Origin: an uncultured Verrucomicrobiae bacterium
GTDB taxonomy: Bacteria > Verrucomicrobiota > Verrucomicrobiia > Chthoniobacterales > JAFAMB01
Direction of reading: 5' to 3'
DNA length: 64,000 bases
NCBI GenBank assembly: GCA_963782115.1
Contig: CAWAIK010000005.1
Span: 64,001 to 128,000, forward strand
The notes under the pieces are model-generated. The model made no database searches. It had not been told where the DNA came from and was given only the letters and a program-made list of their open reading frames with translations. A program made the translations under genes and the position numbers. Shown one piece after another: positions 44,684-55,988 of this stretch; position 1 is the first letter of the stretch; each line of letters begins with the position of its first letter.

Positions 44684-45163
44684 ATGACAATTTCGGTACG
44701 GGTGGCATCAGCCGCGGACATCGACGCTATCGTCAGGCTCAACCGTGACGTCCAGCAGCTCCACGCTGAACTTGAACCGTCTTTTTTCAAGTCAAACTTC
44801 GACAGCGAAGAGGTTGCTGCCTTCTTTGCTGCGAAGCTTGCCCTGTCGGAGAACCATATTCGACTAGCCGATGGCGTGGATGGTCCGAACGGCTACGTGT
44901 GGTTTGAGGTGCAAGAGCGTCCAGAGACGCCATTAACGCTTGCCAGGAAACGTATCTATATTCACCACTTATCAGTGCAGGCAAGAGCTCGCCGTCATGG
45001 CATCGCCTCTGCATTGTTGAGGCAAGTCGAAGCCGAGGCACTGATTGCCGGTATCACGAGTATTGCCTTGGACACTTGGGCAGCAAACGGATCGGCACGC
45101 AGCTTTTTTGAAGCTTGCGGCTTTACTCCTTTCAATCTCTCGCTTGGTAAACGACTGACATAG
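44684..45163 (+). CDS. GNAT-family N-acetyltransferase
   Basis: IHHLSV...RRHGIASALL; N..A..FFE..GF. Confidence 0.88.
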   Translation: MTISVRVASAADIDAIVRLNRDVQQLHAELEPSFFKSNFDSEEVAAFFAAKLALSENHIRLADGVDGPNGYVWFEVQERPETPLTLARKRIYIHHLSVQARARRHGIASALLRQVEAEALIAGITSIALDTWAANGSARSFFEACGFTPFNLSLGKRLT

Positions 45164-45475
45164 GTCAACTTTGGGTCGAAAGCGGCAGTCGTGCGTCGCA
45201 TGCCTCCTATTGCGCGTCCGTCTCACCACGCGTGGTTAAATTCCAACAAAGGTACCAAATGCGAAATAGGACGCCGCCCTCTCTAGCGGGCTTCCGAATC
45301 ACCCCCTCCGATTCACCCTGAGGGTAGCATCCGATAGAATCGGACCCTGTTCAGCGGTTAAGTCGAGCGCGACCTGCTGTGGTACTCCACGGTCTTTAGG
45401 CTCGGCGGATCGGAAGAGCGCCTACGTCATCGACGGGCTGATGCACAACGAGGTCGTCAAGAGCGATAGCCGCAA

Positions 45476-45629
45476 TCAGTGCTTCACCCCCACCGCCGCG
45501 GCTGCGATCCCGTCCAACTCCGCCAAGATTTGCGGCGACAGCGTCAACTGACCGGCGGCCAGGTTCTCGCGGAGGTGGACGACCGACGTGCCAGGAATTA
45601 AGAGGATGTTGGGCGACCGGTGCAGCAGC
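45476..45629 (-). pseudogene. Aldo/keto reductase C-terminal fragment
   Basis: LLHRSPNILLIPGTS.VHLRENL. Confidence 0.75.
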
Positions 45630-46318
45630 CGGCCGACTTTGTCTGGCGGGCGGGCGGTGCGATCGCAACGGTAAGCCAAAGCGGCGGGCCCGCCAAGGTG
45701 ATCGCGCTCTCATATGGGGAACGCGGCGAATCCGGAGAACTCTGGAAAGAAGCGGGCCAGACGGAAGAAAAGGTCAAAGCCATCCGTCGGACTGAAGGCG
45801 AGGAGGCGGCCGCCATTCTGGGGGCCAGTTTCGAAGGCATGGATCTCGGCGATTACCCGCTTGAACTGGACCGGACGGCGATGGAGCGGCTCACGGCGGC
45901 TATCGGCGAGTTTGAGCCCACCATCATCCTCACCCATGCCAAAGACGACCCCTTCAACCCCGACCACGGCGTGGCTTACGCGGTCACCGAAAAGGCGCGT
46001 CAACTGGCCTCCGGCGCAGGGGTGGCCAGTGCCTTCAAAACCATTAGACCGCCCGCGCTCCTTTTGTTTGAACCGCACCAACCCGAACTTTGCGGGTTCT
46101 ACCCGAACACGTTCCTGGACATCACGCCGGTGTTTGAAAAGAAGCGCGCCGCCATGGACGTGATGGGAGCGCAAGGCTACCTGCGTGAATACTACTCCCA
46201 GCGAGCTTCGCAGCGTGCCAACCATGCCCGCCGCATCTGCGGCGACAAGGAAATCAAGTTCGCCGAAGCCTTCCAGCGGATTACCCCAACGGTTCTCAAA
46301 GGGATTCTAAATGGATGA
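45630..46318 (+). pseudogene. galB: PIG-L-family 4-oxalomesaconate hydratase-like gene, 5'-truncated
   Basis: ADFVWRAGGAIA, LSYGERGES..LW, DPFNPDH, FEPHQPE; the N-terminal His motif is replaced by the AKR fragment. Confidence 0.75.
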
Positions 46319-47261
46319 AAAGTTTCTTGTTTTATGCAGTGCCGCTTACGAGTGTTTGGTCCCAGGCTTCGACAACCGTTGCCGAATCCGCATCACCGAT
46401 GGCCAAGGAATTCACCAGCGACATTATGGAGCGAAAAAACCTTGCCTACGTGATGCACGGCGGTCCCAGCCAGACCCTAACCTCTACGCCCCTAAAAAGG
46501 CGAAGCAGGTGCCCTTGATCGTATGGATCCATGGAGGCGCCTTTCTCTTTGGCTCCAAAGAGGGATCCCCGGTTGAACCCGTCCCGCTGGATCTTCTGCT
46601 GGAGGGGTATGCCGTAGCCTCGATCGATTACCGCCTGAGCCCTGAAGCGGTGTTTCCCGCGCAGCTAGAAGATTGCAAAGCCGCCATCCGCTGGCTGCGG
46701 GCGCATGCCGAGGAGTTCGGCATCGATCCGAACCGGATCGGGGTCTGGGGCGCGTCTGCCGGAGGAGACCTGGCGGCGCTTTTGGGGACCACCGGTGAGA
46801 TCCGTGACTTTGAGGTTGGAGAAAATCTTGGCTATTCCGGTCGCGTCCAAGCGGTGTGTGATTTCTTCGGCCCGACGGACTTTCTCCAGATGGATGCGCA
46901 TCGTCTTCCGGACGGGCAAATCCACAACGTGCCGGATTCGCCGGAATCGTAGTTGGTCGGTGGGCCGATCCAGGATAATCCTGACAAGGTGAGGCGGGTG
47001 AATCCAATCACCTACGTCGATAAAAGCGCGCCCCCCTTTCTGATCATCCACGGGACGCTCGATCGCCTGGTGCCTTTCAACCAGAGCTAGCTTTTGGTTG
47101 CCGCGCTCGAGGCCGCCGGGGCATTGGTGCAATTTCATCCCGTCGAGGGCGGTGGACACGGCGCGTATTTCGGCGCGGATGGCGGCTGCGGACTCTATGC
47201 CGATCCGGAGGTGGGACCGATGGTGACGGCCTTCTTCGCCACCCACTTAGCGGCAAAATGA
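46311..47261 (+). pseudogene. Alpha/beta-hydrolase (esterase) with a frameshift and two in-frame TAG stops
   Basis: WIHGGAF, IDYRL, GASAGG, IIHG..D..VP, GGGHG; stops at ~46950 and ~47089. Confidence 0.85.
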
Positions 47262-47282
47262 TCCCTGCTGAGGCCTTCAGAA
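47234..47282. repeat. 49-bp direct repeat, copy 1 (copy 2 at 53534-53582)
   Basis: CTTCGCCACCCACTTAGCGG(C)AAAATGATCCCTGCTGAG.CCTTCAGAA; 2 mismatches between copies. Confidence 0.9.
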
Positions 47283-47306
47283 TCACTGCGCCAGCGCCTC
47301 TGATGG

Positions 47307-49595
47307 TTATTGCACCTGTTTCAAAATGTCTTCCAGCCTTTGCTCGGTAAACCTGCCTTCAGAAAAGGCGTGAATTTTGTACAGCGGCATGTCGTCCAGG
47401 AAAGTGCTGAGCATTATGTCAGCTTGGTCGGGGTTTCCCAGACCGAAAGCTTCGGCCAACTGCGGGTAAAAGGCTTTGCCCTTCGGATGGAGTTTAAACT
47501 CTTTGAGCAGCGAGTTGCGAGTAAGCAGGGGATAACCCGGTTGCATTGCCCGCACTTCAACCGTCTGTTTTTGCGGGAGGTCCTGGGAAGAGCCGCCCAC
47601 GAGCAGGTCAAATTGACCCGGATGTACCACCCAGCCGTGCGTGGAAGTGTCGTAATAGGCAAAAGCGCGTCGATCGAGCTCGAAGCGGACCGTTTGCCCT
47701 TCGCCGGGTTGCAGGGCGACTTTGGCAAAGGCTTTCAATTCTTTTTCCGGGCGCACCACCTTGGCGCATCGTTCATGGACGTAGAGTTGCACCACCTCTT
47801 TACCGGCTACCGGACCGGTGTTCCTGACGTTGACTTCCACCGTCAGGCCGTCCGCCTCATCGAGAACGTTAGCGCTGACCCGCAGGTCCGAGTAAGCAAA
47901 CGTCGTGTAACTCAGGCCGAACCCGAACGGGAACAACGGGGTCAGCTTCCGGACGTCGTAGTGGCGGTAGCCGATGAAAATCCCTTCGCCGTAGTTGGCT
48001 TCCTTATTGCGAGCGGGAAAATCCGGATAAGGCGGCGTGTCTTCGAGCCGCAGGGGAAAGGTTTCGGAGAGTTTTCCCGAAGGGTTAACCCGGCCGGTTA
48101 ACGCATCGGCGATAGCGCCCCCGCCGGCCTGGCCACCCAGCCAGGCTTCCACGATCGCCTGCACCTTGCCGGCCCACGGCATCGTCACCGCCGAACCATT
48201 CATGAGCACCACCACGGTACTCGGTTGAACCGCGCTCACCGCGTCAATCAACGCATTATGCCCGGCCGGCAAGTCCAGCGAGGCCCGATCAAAGCCTTCC
48301 GATTCGTAGCTGGCGGGCAGGCCGGCAAACACGATCGCCACCTCCGCCGCTTTTGCCTGCTGCCGGGCTTCGTCGAGCAGTTCCTCGGTCGTCGCGCCCT
48401 CTTCGGTGTAGCCCGCCGCATAACGGATGATCGACTTTTGAGCCGCCAGCTTCACTAACTCCTCATAGGCCGTGGAAACCCGGGTCGGGTTGACCTGCGA
48501 ACTGCCGGCGCCCTGGTAGCGCGGCGTTTTGGCAAACGCGCCGATTACGGCGATGGTTTTGGTTTGTCCGACGTCGAACGGCAAGAGGTTACCGTCGTTC
48601 TTCAGCAACACCAGGCTTTCGCCGGCGGCCCGTCGGGCCAGGGCATCGTGACGCCCCGCGTCGAACGTCATGCCGGGCCGGTGCAGGTCTTTGGCCCTCA
48701 GCATCACCGTCAGCAATGGCACGACAGCTTCGTCGAGCTTCTCAGTGGACAGCCGCCCAGCACGGACCGCCTCAAGGATTTTGTTCCGGTTATAGTCGCC
48801 GCTGCCGGGCATCTCAAGACTTAGACCCGCGTTCACCTCCGCCACGCGGTCGTGCACGGCCCCCCAGTCCGAGACCACGAAGCCCTCAAAACCCCACCGG
48901 CTTCGCAGGATCTCCTGCAGCAACAAGTCGTTTGCCGTGGCATGGACGTGGTTCACTGGGTTATAGGCGGCCATCACCGACCAGGGCTGGGCCTCTTTGA
49001 CGGCGATTTCAAACGCCGGCAGGTAAACCTCGTGCAAGGTGCGTTCATCCAGGTTCGAGCTGGTCGCCATGCGTTCGAACTCCTGGTTATTGGCCGCGTA
49101 GTGTTTTAACGACGTGCCGACGCCTTGGCTTTGGACCCCTTGGATGTAGGCCGCTGCCATTTTGCCCGCCAGGACGGGGTCTTCCGAAAAATACTCGAAG
49201 TTGCGGCCGCCCAAGGGCGAGCGTTTCATGTTGACGCCGGGGCCCAACAGGATCTGCACGTCACTGGCCTGGGCTTCTTCGGCCAAAGCCGTGCTCACTT
49301 GCCGGATGAGCTCCGTATCCCAGGAAGAGGCCAAGGCCGAAGCGGTTGGGAAACAAGTCGCGGGCACGCTGGTCGAGAGGCCCAGGCCTTCCCCCTCGAC
49401 TTTTCGGAGCCCGTGCGGGCCGTCCGTCATGCAGATGGAGGGGATCTGCAGCCGGTCGATGCGGTGGGTGCGCCACCAGCCGTCGCCGGATAACAGCAAG
49501 GCCTTTTCCTCGAGCGTCATTTCGGCCACGGCCGCCTTGGCTTTGGCAACGTAATACGCCGAACGTTGAGCTAAAGAGCTTTCGGCAGAGATCAT
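47307..49595 (-). CDS. Beta-glucosidase, GH3 with Fn3-like domain
   Basis: TDGPHGLR, GGRNFEYFSEDP, KHYAAN, VVSDWG, EGFDR, PFGFGLSYT. Confidence 0.95.
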   Translation of the reverse strand: MISAESSLAQRSAYYVAKAKAAVAEMTLEEKALLLSGDGWWRTHRIDRLQIPSICMTDGPHGLRKVEGEGLGLSTSVPATCFPTASALASSWDTELIRQVSTALAEEAQASDVQILLGPGVNMKRSPLGGRNFEYFSEDPVLAGKMAAAYIQGVQSQGVGTSLKHYAANNQEFERMATSSNLDERTLHEVYLPAFEIAVKEAQPWSVMAAYNPVNHVHATANDLLLQEILRSRWGFEGFVVSDWGAVHDRVAEVNAGLSLEMPGSGDYNRNKILEAVRAGRLSTEKLDEAVVPLLTVMLRAKDLHRPGMTFDAGRHDALARRAAGESLVLLKNDGNLLPFDVGQTKTIAVIGAFAKTPRYQGAGSSQVNPTRVSTAYEELVKLAAQKSIIRYAAGYTEEGATTEELLDEARQQAKAAEVAIVFAGLPASYESEGFDRASLDLPAGHNALIDAVSAVQPSTVVVLMNGSAVTMPWAGKVQAIVEAWLGGQAGGGAIADALTGRVNPSGKLSETFPLRLEDTPPYPDFPARNKEANYGEGIFIGYRHYDVRKLTPLFPFGFGLSYTTFAYSDLRVSANVLDEADGLTVEVNVRNTGPVAGKEVVQLYVHERCAKVVRPEKELKAFAKVALQPGEGQTVRFELDRRAFAYYDTSTHGWVVHPGQFDLLVGGSSQDLPQKQTVEVRAMQPGYPLLTRNSLLKEFKLHPKGKAFYPQLAEAFGLGNPDQADIMLSTFLDDMPLYKIHAFSEGRFTEQRLEDILKQVQ

Positions 49596-49617
49596 AATAT
49601 TTAACCTTGACGCCGTC

Positions 49618-50451
49618 TTACCCCTTGACTGCGCCGGAAGTAAGACCCGCAATGATATGTTTTTGCGCCATGAGGTAAAAGATGACCGCCGGCGCCAGCG
49701 TCAGGCTCACGAACGCCAATACCTTTCCCCAATCTGTCCCGTACTGGCCCTGGTACTGCATGATGCCCAATGGCCAAGGATAAAGGGCTTCGTTGTTGAT
49801 CATTACCAAGGGCAGCAAATATTCGTTCCAGCTTCCGACCAAGGCCAGTACCCCCACGGTGGCGAGAATCGGCCGGGAGAGTGGCAAGGTGATCTGCCAA
49901 AACATACGCGGGTAACTGCAACCGTCGACGAAGGCCGCCTCAAATAACTCATTGGGCAATTCAGCAAAAAAGCCCTGCAGCAACACGATCGCAAAGCCCA
50001 GATTGAAAGCTATCTGCGGCAGGATCACCCCCCAGTACGAATCCAGGAGTCCCATGTCGCGCACCCGGATAAAGACCGGCAGGACAGCTGTGGCAAACGG
50101 GAAGGTGAGTCCTAAAGCCAGGTAGTTGGCGAGCCACCTCTTGCCCGCAAAGCGAAGATGGGCCAGCACAAAGGCCGCCATCGAACTAACCAGCAACGTT
50201 AAGACCACGGTAACAAAGGCTATGAAAGCCGAGTTGCCCAGCATCTGCCAGAAACGGCCGCTGGTGACGATCGACACGTAATTGTCGAACAGCCATTGGT
50301 GAGGCAGCCCGAAGGCGTTGGTTCGCAACTCGCCCGGGGTTTTAAAACCACCGATCACCGTGGCCCAAAGCGGCAATAAACAGAGTCCCGACGCAAGCAG
50401 CAGCACCAACCAGCGGTAGTAAACAAACGGACCGGAACGATTCGATTCCAT
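49618..50451 (-). CDS. Carbohydrate ABC permease (MalG-like)
   Basis: ELFEAAFVDG, WNEYLLPL. Confidence 0.92.
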   Translation of the reverse strand: MESNRSGPFVYYRWLVLLLASGLCLLPLWATVIGGFKTPGELRTNAFGLPHQWLFDNYVSIVTSGRFWQMLGNSAFIAFVTVVLTLLVSSMAAFVLAHLRFAGKRWLANYLALGLTFPFATAVLPVFIRVRDMGLLDSYWGVILPQIAFNLGFAIVLLQGFFAELPNELFEAAFVDGCSYPRMFWQITLPLSRPILATVGVLALVGSWNEYLLPLVMINNEALYPWPLGIMQYQGQYGTDWGKVLAFVSLTLAPAVIFYLMAQKHIIAGLTSGAVKG

Positions 50452-50455
50452 AGCT

Positions 50456-51490
50456 CTATCGCCCCTCCTTTGGGCGCATGAAAAGCCGCTTATAGAAAAC
50501 CATCACCAACACGCAGATGACGAACAGGCTCACCCCGATCGCGCTGCCAAAGCCCACCCGCATGCGTTTGATGCCGAAATTGTAAAGGTAAGACACTGCC
50601 GAATGGGTTGAATTGGATGGCCCCCCATCGGTTAACGCAACAATGATCGCGAAAGCCTGCAACGAACCCAGGATGCTGAAGAACAGCGCCAGCACCGCCA
50701 CTGGGCGCATCAGAGGCAGGATGATGTTCAATGTAGTCTGCCAACGATTGGCCCCGTCAATTTTGGCCGCCTCCAGCACCTCTTCGCCTATCCCCTGTCG
50801 ACCAGCAACAAAAAGCGCCATGTGGAAGCCGAAGTACTTCCAAACTATCACCACCAGCAGCGCGGCAGTGGCCCAACCCTCCGTGGCCAGCACCTGGGGC
50901 GCTTCCTGGCCGAACCAGCGGTAAACCACGGCCACCACTCCGTAATTGCCGTCGTACATGTAGCGCCAGATCAATCCCGCCACGATCTCGCCCAGGATGT
51001 AAGGCAAAAAGAAGATGGCCCGGAAGACTACGCTGGAGCGGCTCTTGTCCGAAATCATCAGGGCCAGCGCCAGGGCAAGCGGCACCTGGATGCAAGCTGA
51101 CACCAAGATGATGAGCAAGTTGTTAAATAAGGAGTGGTAAAAGATCGGGTCGTTCCAGACCCGCAGGAAATTGTCCAGGCCGATCCATTTGGATGGCGAA
51201 CCGTAGCCGTTCCAGTTGTAAAAACTGTAGTAAGCGGCTTCGACGACCGGCCAGGTGACAAAGAGGGTAAAGAGTAAAAGCGCCGGCGGTAAAAAAAGGA
51301 GGCAGGTCCTCATTTGGCTTGAGCCCGAAAAGTCCTGCAGCCGTCGCCACATATTTGGTTTGGCACCCATCAGTTGCTCGACCTGACGTGCTTCGGCGAG
51401 GGTGGGCAGATCTTCCTGCACCTGCGAGGTGACGGTAGGTACTGGCGGGCGGCCCGCGTCGAGAGGCGCTGAATCGAGGGAAGAAGCCAT
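50456..51490 (-). CDS. Carbohydrate ABC permease (MalF-like)
   Basis: EAAKIDGA, WKYFGFH, TDGGP. Confidence 0.92.
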   Translation of the reverse strand: MASSLDSAPLDAGRPPVPTVTSQVQEDLPTLAEARQVEQLMGAKPNMWRRLQDFSGSSQMRTCLLFLPPALLLFTLFVTWPVVEAAYYSFYNWNGYGSPSKWIGLDNFLRVWNDPIFYHSLFNNLLIILVSACIQVPLALALALMISDKSRSSVVFRAIFFLPYILGEIVAGLIWRYMYDGNYGVVAVVYRWFGQEAPQVLATEGWATAALLVVIVWKYFGFHMALFVAGRQGIGEEVLEAAKIDGANRWQTTLNIILPLMRPVAVLALFFSILGSLQAFAIIVALTDGGPSNSTHSAVSYLYNFGIKRMRVGFGSAIGVSLFVICVLVMVFYKRLFMRPKEGR

Positions 51491-51498
51491 AAGGGTGT

Positions 51499-52854
51499 CT
51501 ATCGTTGGGTCGAGGCAGTTCGGGGGCGTGCAACGTCTCCGTGTCGGATAAAATTTCTGTACCAATGATAGGAATCCTTGGGGATGCGTTGCAGGGTGTC
51601 AAAATCCACCTTCACGAGGCCGAAGGTCGACCGGTAGCCGCAAGCCCACTCAAAATTGTCCAGCAGCGACCAGACGAAATAGCCGCGGACGTCTACGCCT
51701 TGGGCTTGTGCTCCTCGCATGGCCTGAATGTACTGGTCAAGGAATTCAATCCGCCGGTTGTCATGCACCTTTCCGTCCTCGGACACGATGTCGTCGAAGT
51801 AGGCGCCGTTTTCGGTGACGTAAATCGGCGGGCAGGGGTAAGTGTCTTGAAGCCAAAGCAACTCGTCGCGAAACTCTTGTGGATTGATCTCCCAGTCGAA
51901 ACTGGTCCGGGGCACCTCCAACGGGGGGGAAGCCCGCTGAAAACCCAACAGGGCCTTCGGGTCGGCCTGGATGTAGGCGCGAGAATAATGGTTAACGCCT
52001 AGAAAGTCGATCGGTTGATGGATCGTTTCCAGGTCGCCGGGACGGACGACTGGTTCGAACCCGGAAAGAACCTTCGTGGGGTAAGAGCCCGACAAGAGCG
52101 GGCCCAGAAAGCAATTATTCCAGAGGTCATTGTGCCGTTCCGCCATGGCGGCGGAGGCCTCCGAGCCATCGGCCGGCACGCCTCGCTGCACGTTCAGTGC
52201 GGCGCCCAGGCGAAACTCGGGGTCCATAGAGCTAAGGGCCTGCAGCGCGGTGCCTTGGGCCAGATTCAGGTGATGCGTCACGGCACGAAACGCTTTTAGG
52301 TCGGCTAAACCTGGAGCATGTACGCCCAGAGCGTGCCCAAGACACGCATAGACCGATGGCTCGTTCAGCATCATCCAGTACTTGACTCGATCGCCCAACC
52401 GTTCAGCCGTTTCCACCGCGTAGTCACTAAACCAGCCGGCCACGTCCCGGTTGACAAAACCTCCTCGGTCCTGCAGAACCTGGGGCAAGTCCCAGTGAAA
52501 GAGAGTAGCAAAGGGCGTTACTCCAGCAGTTACCAGTTCGTCGACCAAGCGATCGTAAAAGTCGAAGCCCGCAGTGTTCGGCCGGCCTTGGCCCTCGGGC
52601 AGCACCCGCGACCAGGAAATCGAGAAGCGGTAACCCTGGATACCCAGATCGCGCATCAGCGCGACGTCCTCTTGGTAGCGGTGGTAATGGTCGCAGGCCA
52701 CGTCGCCCGTGTCGCCGCGCTCGACCTTCCCGGGCGTGTGAGCAAAGACGTCCCAGATCGACGGAGCGCGTCCCCCTTCAGCGATGGCACCCTCGATCTG
52801 GTAACTGGCGGTGGCCGCTCCCCAAAGGAAAGGTTCGGTAGAGGGATCAGACAT
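51499..52854 (-). CDS. Beta-glucosidase, GH1
   Basis: FLWGAATASYQIEG, DHYHRY, RFSISWSR, LNEP, VTENG, WSLLDNFEW. Confidence 0.95.
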   Translation of the reverse strand: MSDPSTEPFLWGAATASYQIEGAIAEGGRAPSIWDVFAHTPGKVERGDTGDVACDHYHRYQEDVALMRDLGIQGYRFSISWSRVLPEGQGRPNTAGFDFYDRLVDELVTAGVTPFATLFHWDLPQVLQDRGGFVNRDVAGWFSDYAVETAERLGDRVKYWMMLNEPSVYACLGHALGVHAPGLADLKAFRAVTHHLNLAQGTALQALSSMDPEFRLGAALNVQRGVPADGSEASAAMAERHNDLWNNCFLGPLLSGSYPTKVLSGFEPVVRPGDLETIHQPIDFLGVNHYSRAYIQADPKALLGFQRASPPLEVPRTSFDWEINPQEFRDELLWLQDTYPCPPIYVTENGAYFDDIVSEDGKVHDNRRIEFLDQYIQAMRGAQAQGVDVRGYFVWSLLDNFEWACGYRSTFGLVKVDFDTLQRIPKDSYHWYRNFIRHGDVARPRTASTQR

Positions 52855-52888
52855 AGCAAGAGGTCGTTTCAGACTCCGATTTTCCACG

Positions 52889-53240
52889 TCACTGAGCCTT
52901 GTTTTGCTTCCAGGAGTCTTCAATGGTCTTAACAGCTTTCTCCGGCGTCGCGTTGCCCGAGGCAATGTCCGCGCTCGCATCATTGAACAGTCGGCCGGTG
53001 TCGGGGCCCAGCAGTTGATCCATCGCCATGGCAATCCACTGCCACTTATCCACCTCCTGGGCGACCGATTTTATGAGGGGATCCTGGATCGCGTCGACCG
53101 TCCCTTTGACTGCGGGGATGAACAACCCTTCGGTGGCCAGCTTAGAATTGACCTGTTCCTTCATCACCCCCTCGCCCCAGCTCTGAAAGGGGTTTGATTG
53201 AATGTGCAGGATCCTGATGACCGTTTCGGACAAGAGGCGG
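52889..53240 (-). pseudogene. ABC substrate-binding protein with large internal deletions
   Basis: ETVIRILH + SWG.GVM.EQ + KLATEGLFIP...AMDQLLGPD: three separated blocks of the 30155-31418 paralog joined together. Confidence 0.8.
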
Positions 53241-53533
53241 TAGAGAGCGCCCCTAAAAAGGCGCAGAAGAGCAAAGACTTGAAAGGGTGCATGCGGCTGG
53301 CTGGGGGTTTGTGGCAATGGGCTTGAGGGGTTCACGGGTGGGACGACGCCCCGGCGGGCGGTCCCAGGGAAACGCGACCGATACGAGCAAGTTAGCAAAG
53401 CGCTCCGGCGTCGTATAGAATATTTCGCAGGCGTTTTGTACGTTCGTCTGATTTTGTGAAAGGCTGGCGGTAAGCCCGCAAAATCCTGATAATGACAGCC
53501 TAATACCGAAACACGGTTCAGCAATCAAATTTG

Positions 53534-53582
53534 CTTCGCCACCCACTTAGCGGCCAAATGATCCCTGCTGAGCCCTTCAGAA
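53534..53582. repeat. 49-bp direct repeat, copy 2
   Basis: Matches 47234-47282. Confidence 0.9.
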
Positions 53583-53789
53583 ATCCCGTCGTAAGGAGCG
53601 CCCCGAGGAGGTCGTGCGCCGTATTGAGGTTTTGAACGGCAAAGTCGCAAAATGATGCTTTGCCTTTGACGGGATCAAATCGGTGATCGAATAAGATGTC
53701 CGAGCCGGATATGCCATCAAACGGGCTGAACCCGGAACAGGTTGCCAAAGAGGGGACCGACCAATTCATCCAGGAGGATCAATACTTCA

Positions 53790-54042
53790 GCACTTACGCC
53801 ACTTATGAGTACTTTCTACTCAAGCATCTAAGTCATTTTGTTAAACCGGGCGCCAAGCGTCTGGATATAAAGAGTTTGACCGGTTATGAGAACTTGCTGG
53901 CGTTCGCCAACCCTGACCAGAGCGTCGTCATCATGACGCAGAACGACCTCGGCCAGGAATTGCGGTTCGCGTCAAAGTCGGCGACAAAGTGATCGCTTGC
54001 ACTTTAGAGGCCGATTCGTTCCATACGTTGGTGGTCGCATGA
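53790..54042 (+). pseudogene. GH30 glycoside hydrolase C-terminal fragment
   Basis: YEYFLLKHLSHFVKPGAKRL...LLAFANPDQSVVI. Confidence 0.7.
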
Positions 54043-54113
54043 TGTCGATGCAAGCTACAGGGCGATTAAGCCATCCGATAGCCATATCGACTTAGCATTA
54101 CACGTTTAGATTT

Positions 54114-55427
54114 ATGAAGCCCGCATTTCCTGAAATTAGCAAAATCCCCTACGAAGGCCGCTCCTCCAGAAATCCTCTGGCTTTCAAACACTACGATCCT
54201 GCCAAAGTCATCGAGCACCGGACGATGGCCGACCATCTTCGATTTTCCGTAGCCTACTGGCACACTTTCCGAAACACGTTAAGTGACCCGTTTGGCGTCG
54301 GAACGGCCATCCGCCCGTGGGACGACGGCTCAAACTCCGTGGAAAACGCATGCAACCGTGCGCGTGTCGCGTTCGAATTTGTCGACAAATTGGGCGCACC
54401 GTTTTACGCCTTTCACGATCGGGACGTGGCACCGGAAGGCGCCAGCCTCGCCGAGTCCAACCGCAATCTCGATGCGGTCGTCAAAGTGCTCAAAGAAGAG
54501 CAGCAACGCACGGGAATTAAGCTCCTCTGGGTGACTGCCTGCCTGTTCATCAATCCGCGTTTCGCTCACGGTGCGGCGACCAGCCCGAATACCAATGTGT
54601 TTATTTACGCAGCCGCGCAGGTGAAGAAGGCACTCGAAGTGGCTCATGAACTGGGTGCCGAAGGCTACGTTTTCTGGGGCGGTCGCGAAGGGTATTCCAG
54701 CCTCTGGAATACCGATATGAAGCGGGAGGTGGAACACCTTGCGAAATTTCTGCACATGGCCGTCGATTACAAGAAACAGATCGGTTTCAAGGGCCCCTTC
54801 TACATCGAACCGAAACCCAAGGAACCTACCAAACATCAATACGATTTTGACGCCGCCAGCTGTCTGAATTTCCTCCGCGAATACGGGCTGCTCGAACACT
54901 TTAAACTCAACCTGGAAACAAACCACGCCACCCTCGCCGGGCACACGATGCATCATGAATGCGAAGTCGCCGCGGCGGCCGGCGCGCTTGGCACCCTTGA
55001 CGCCAACTCCGGGGATGAATTGATTGGCTGGGACACCGACCAGTTTCCGACCAGCCTTTACCTGACTACGCAAGTTATGCTCACGGTTTTGAAAATGGGC
55101 GGTTTCACGACGGGAGGACTTAACTTTGACGCCAAGGTCCGACGCGAAAGCTTCGAGCCAGTTGATCTCTTTTATGCGCACATTGGCGGCATGGACGCCT
55201 TCGCGCGCGGCTTGAAAATCGCGGCTGCGATTCGCGCCGATGGCCGCCTAGCCGAATTGGTGAAGAATCGTTATGCGTCCTGGGACACCGGCATTGGAGC
55301 GGCCATCGAAGCGGGCAAGGAAGATTTCAATTCGCTCGAGAAACATGCGCTCAGCCAGCCCGATCCCGTTCAATCCACGAGCGGGCGGCAGGAACTTTTC
55401 GAGAATATTGTCAATGAGTTGATCTGA
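54114..55427 (+). CDS. xylA: Xylose isomerase (class II)
   Basis: [41 protein letters not shown]. Confidence 0.97.
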   Translation: MKPAFPEISKIPYEGRSSRNPLAFKHYDPAKVIEHRTMADHLRFSVAYWHTFRNTLSDPFGVGTAIRPWDDGSNSVENACNRARVAFEFVDKLGAPFYAFHDRDVAPEGASLAESNRNLDAVVKVLKEEQQRTGIKLLWVTACLFINPRFAHGAATSPNTNVFIYAAAQVKKALEVAHELGAEGYVFWGGREGYSSLWNTDMKREVEHLAKFLHMAVDYKKQIGFKGPFYIEPKPKEPTKHQYDFDAASCLNFLREYGLLEHFKLNLETNHATLAGHTMHHECEVAAAAGALGTLDANSGDELIGWDTDQFPTSLYLTTQVMLTVLKMGGFTTGGLNFDAKVRRESFEPVDLFYAHIGGMDAFARGLKIAAAIRADGRLAELVKNRYASWDTGIGAAIEAGKEDFNSLEKHALSQPDPVQSTSGRQELFENIVNELI

Positions 55428-55499
55428 CCAGCTAGTTAACTCTGGCATTAGGCCAAGGCTCAACCGGAATTAGTTATAGCTTAATGATAGCTAACGCTT

Positions 55500-55865
55500 C
55501 AAAGTGGAATTCGATTATCTGGAAAACGAAGCTTTCAAAGCCAAGTTGCCCACCCTGCTCCAGTCTAAGGATCGGCCCAGCATCTTCCACAGCTGGGGAG
55601 GTGGGTGATGGTCGAACAAATCGGTTCAGGAATCTGTCAAGACATCACGCAAAGAATCAGTGAGGGCGGGTTTAAAGATACTTTTTACCCTGCGGCCGCC
55701 CAAAATTTCAGTTTTGAAGGGAAATACTACGGCTTGCCCAACGACGTCGCACCCGAGGTGCTGTTCTTACAACAAAGAACTGTGCCAGAAGGCCGCCGTT
55801 GATCCGACTCAGATTCACTACTGGGATGATTTTATTGAGGCAGTCAAAAAGTGTAACGCAGCTGG
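55500..55865 (+). pseudogene. ABC substrate-binding protein internal fragment
   Basis: EFDYLENEAFKAKLPTLLQSKDRPSIFHSWGGG..YNKELC; paralog of 30504-31418, frameshifted. Confidence 0.8.
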
Positions 55866-55988
55866 CTCGAAGAAGAACTATTCTGGAATTTGCGCGGCTG
55901 AAGGCCCAAGATGAACGGCGATGACCGCCCAGAAGCCATCGCGCGGCGCCGCTGTCGCCGCGTTTGAAAAAGTGCCCTTCGAAAACGC

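Noticed and set aside
46940..47095. Amber recoding (two TAG codons at probable Gln positions in the esterase)
   Set aside because: The gene also has a frameshift, TAG ends other intact genes here, and CAG-to-TAG transitions explain it
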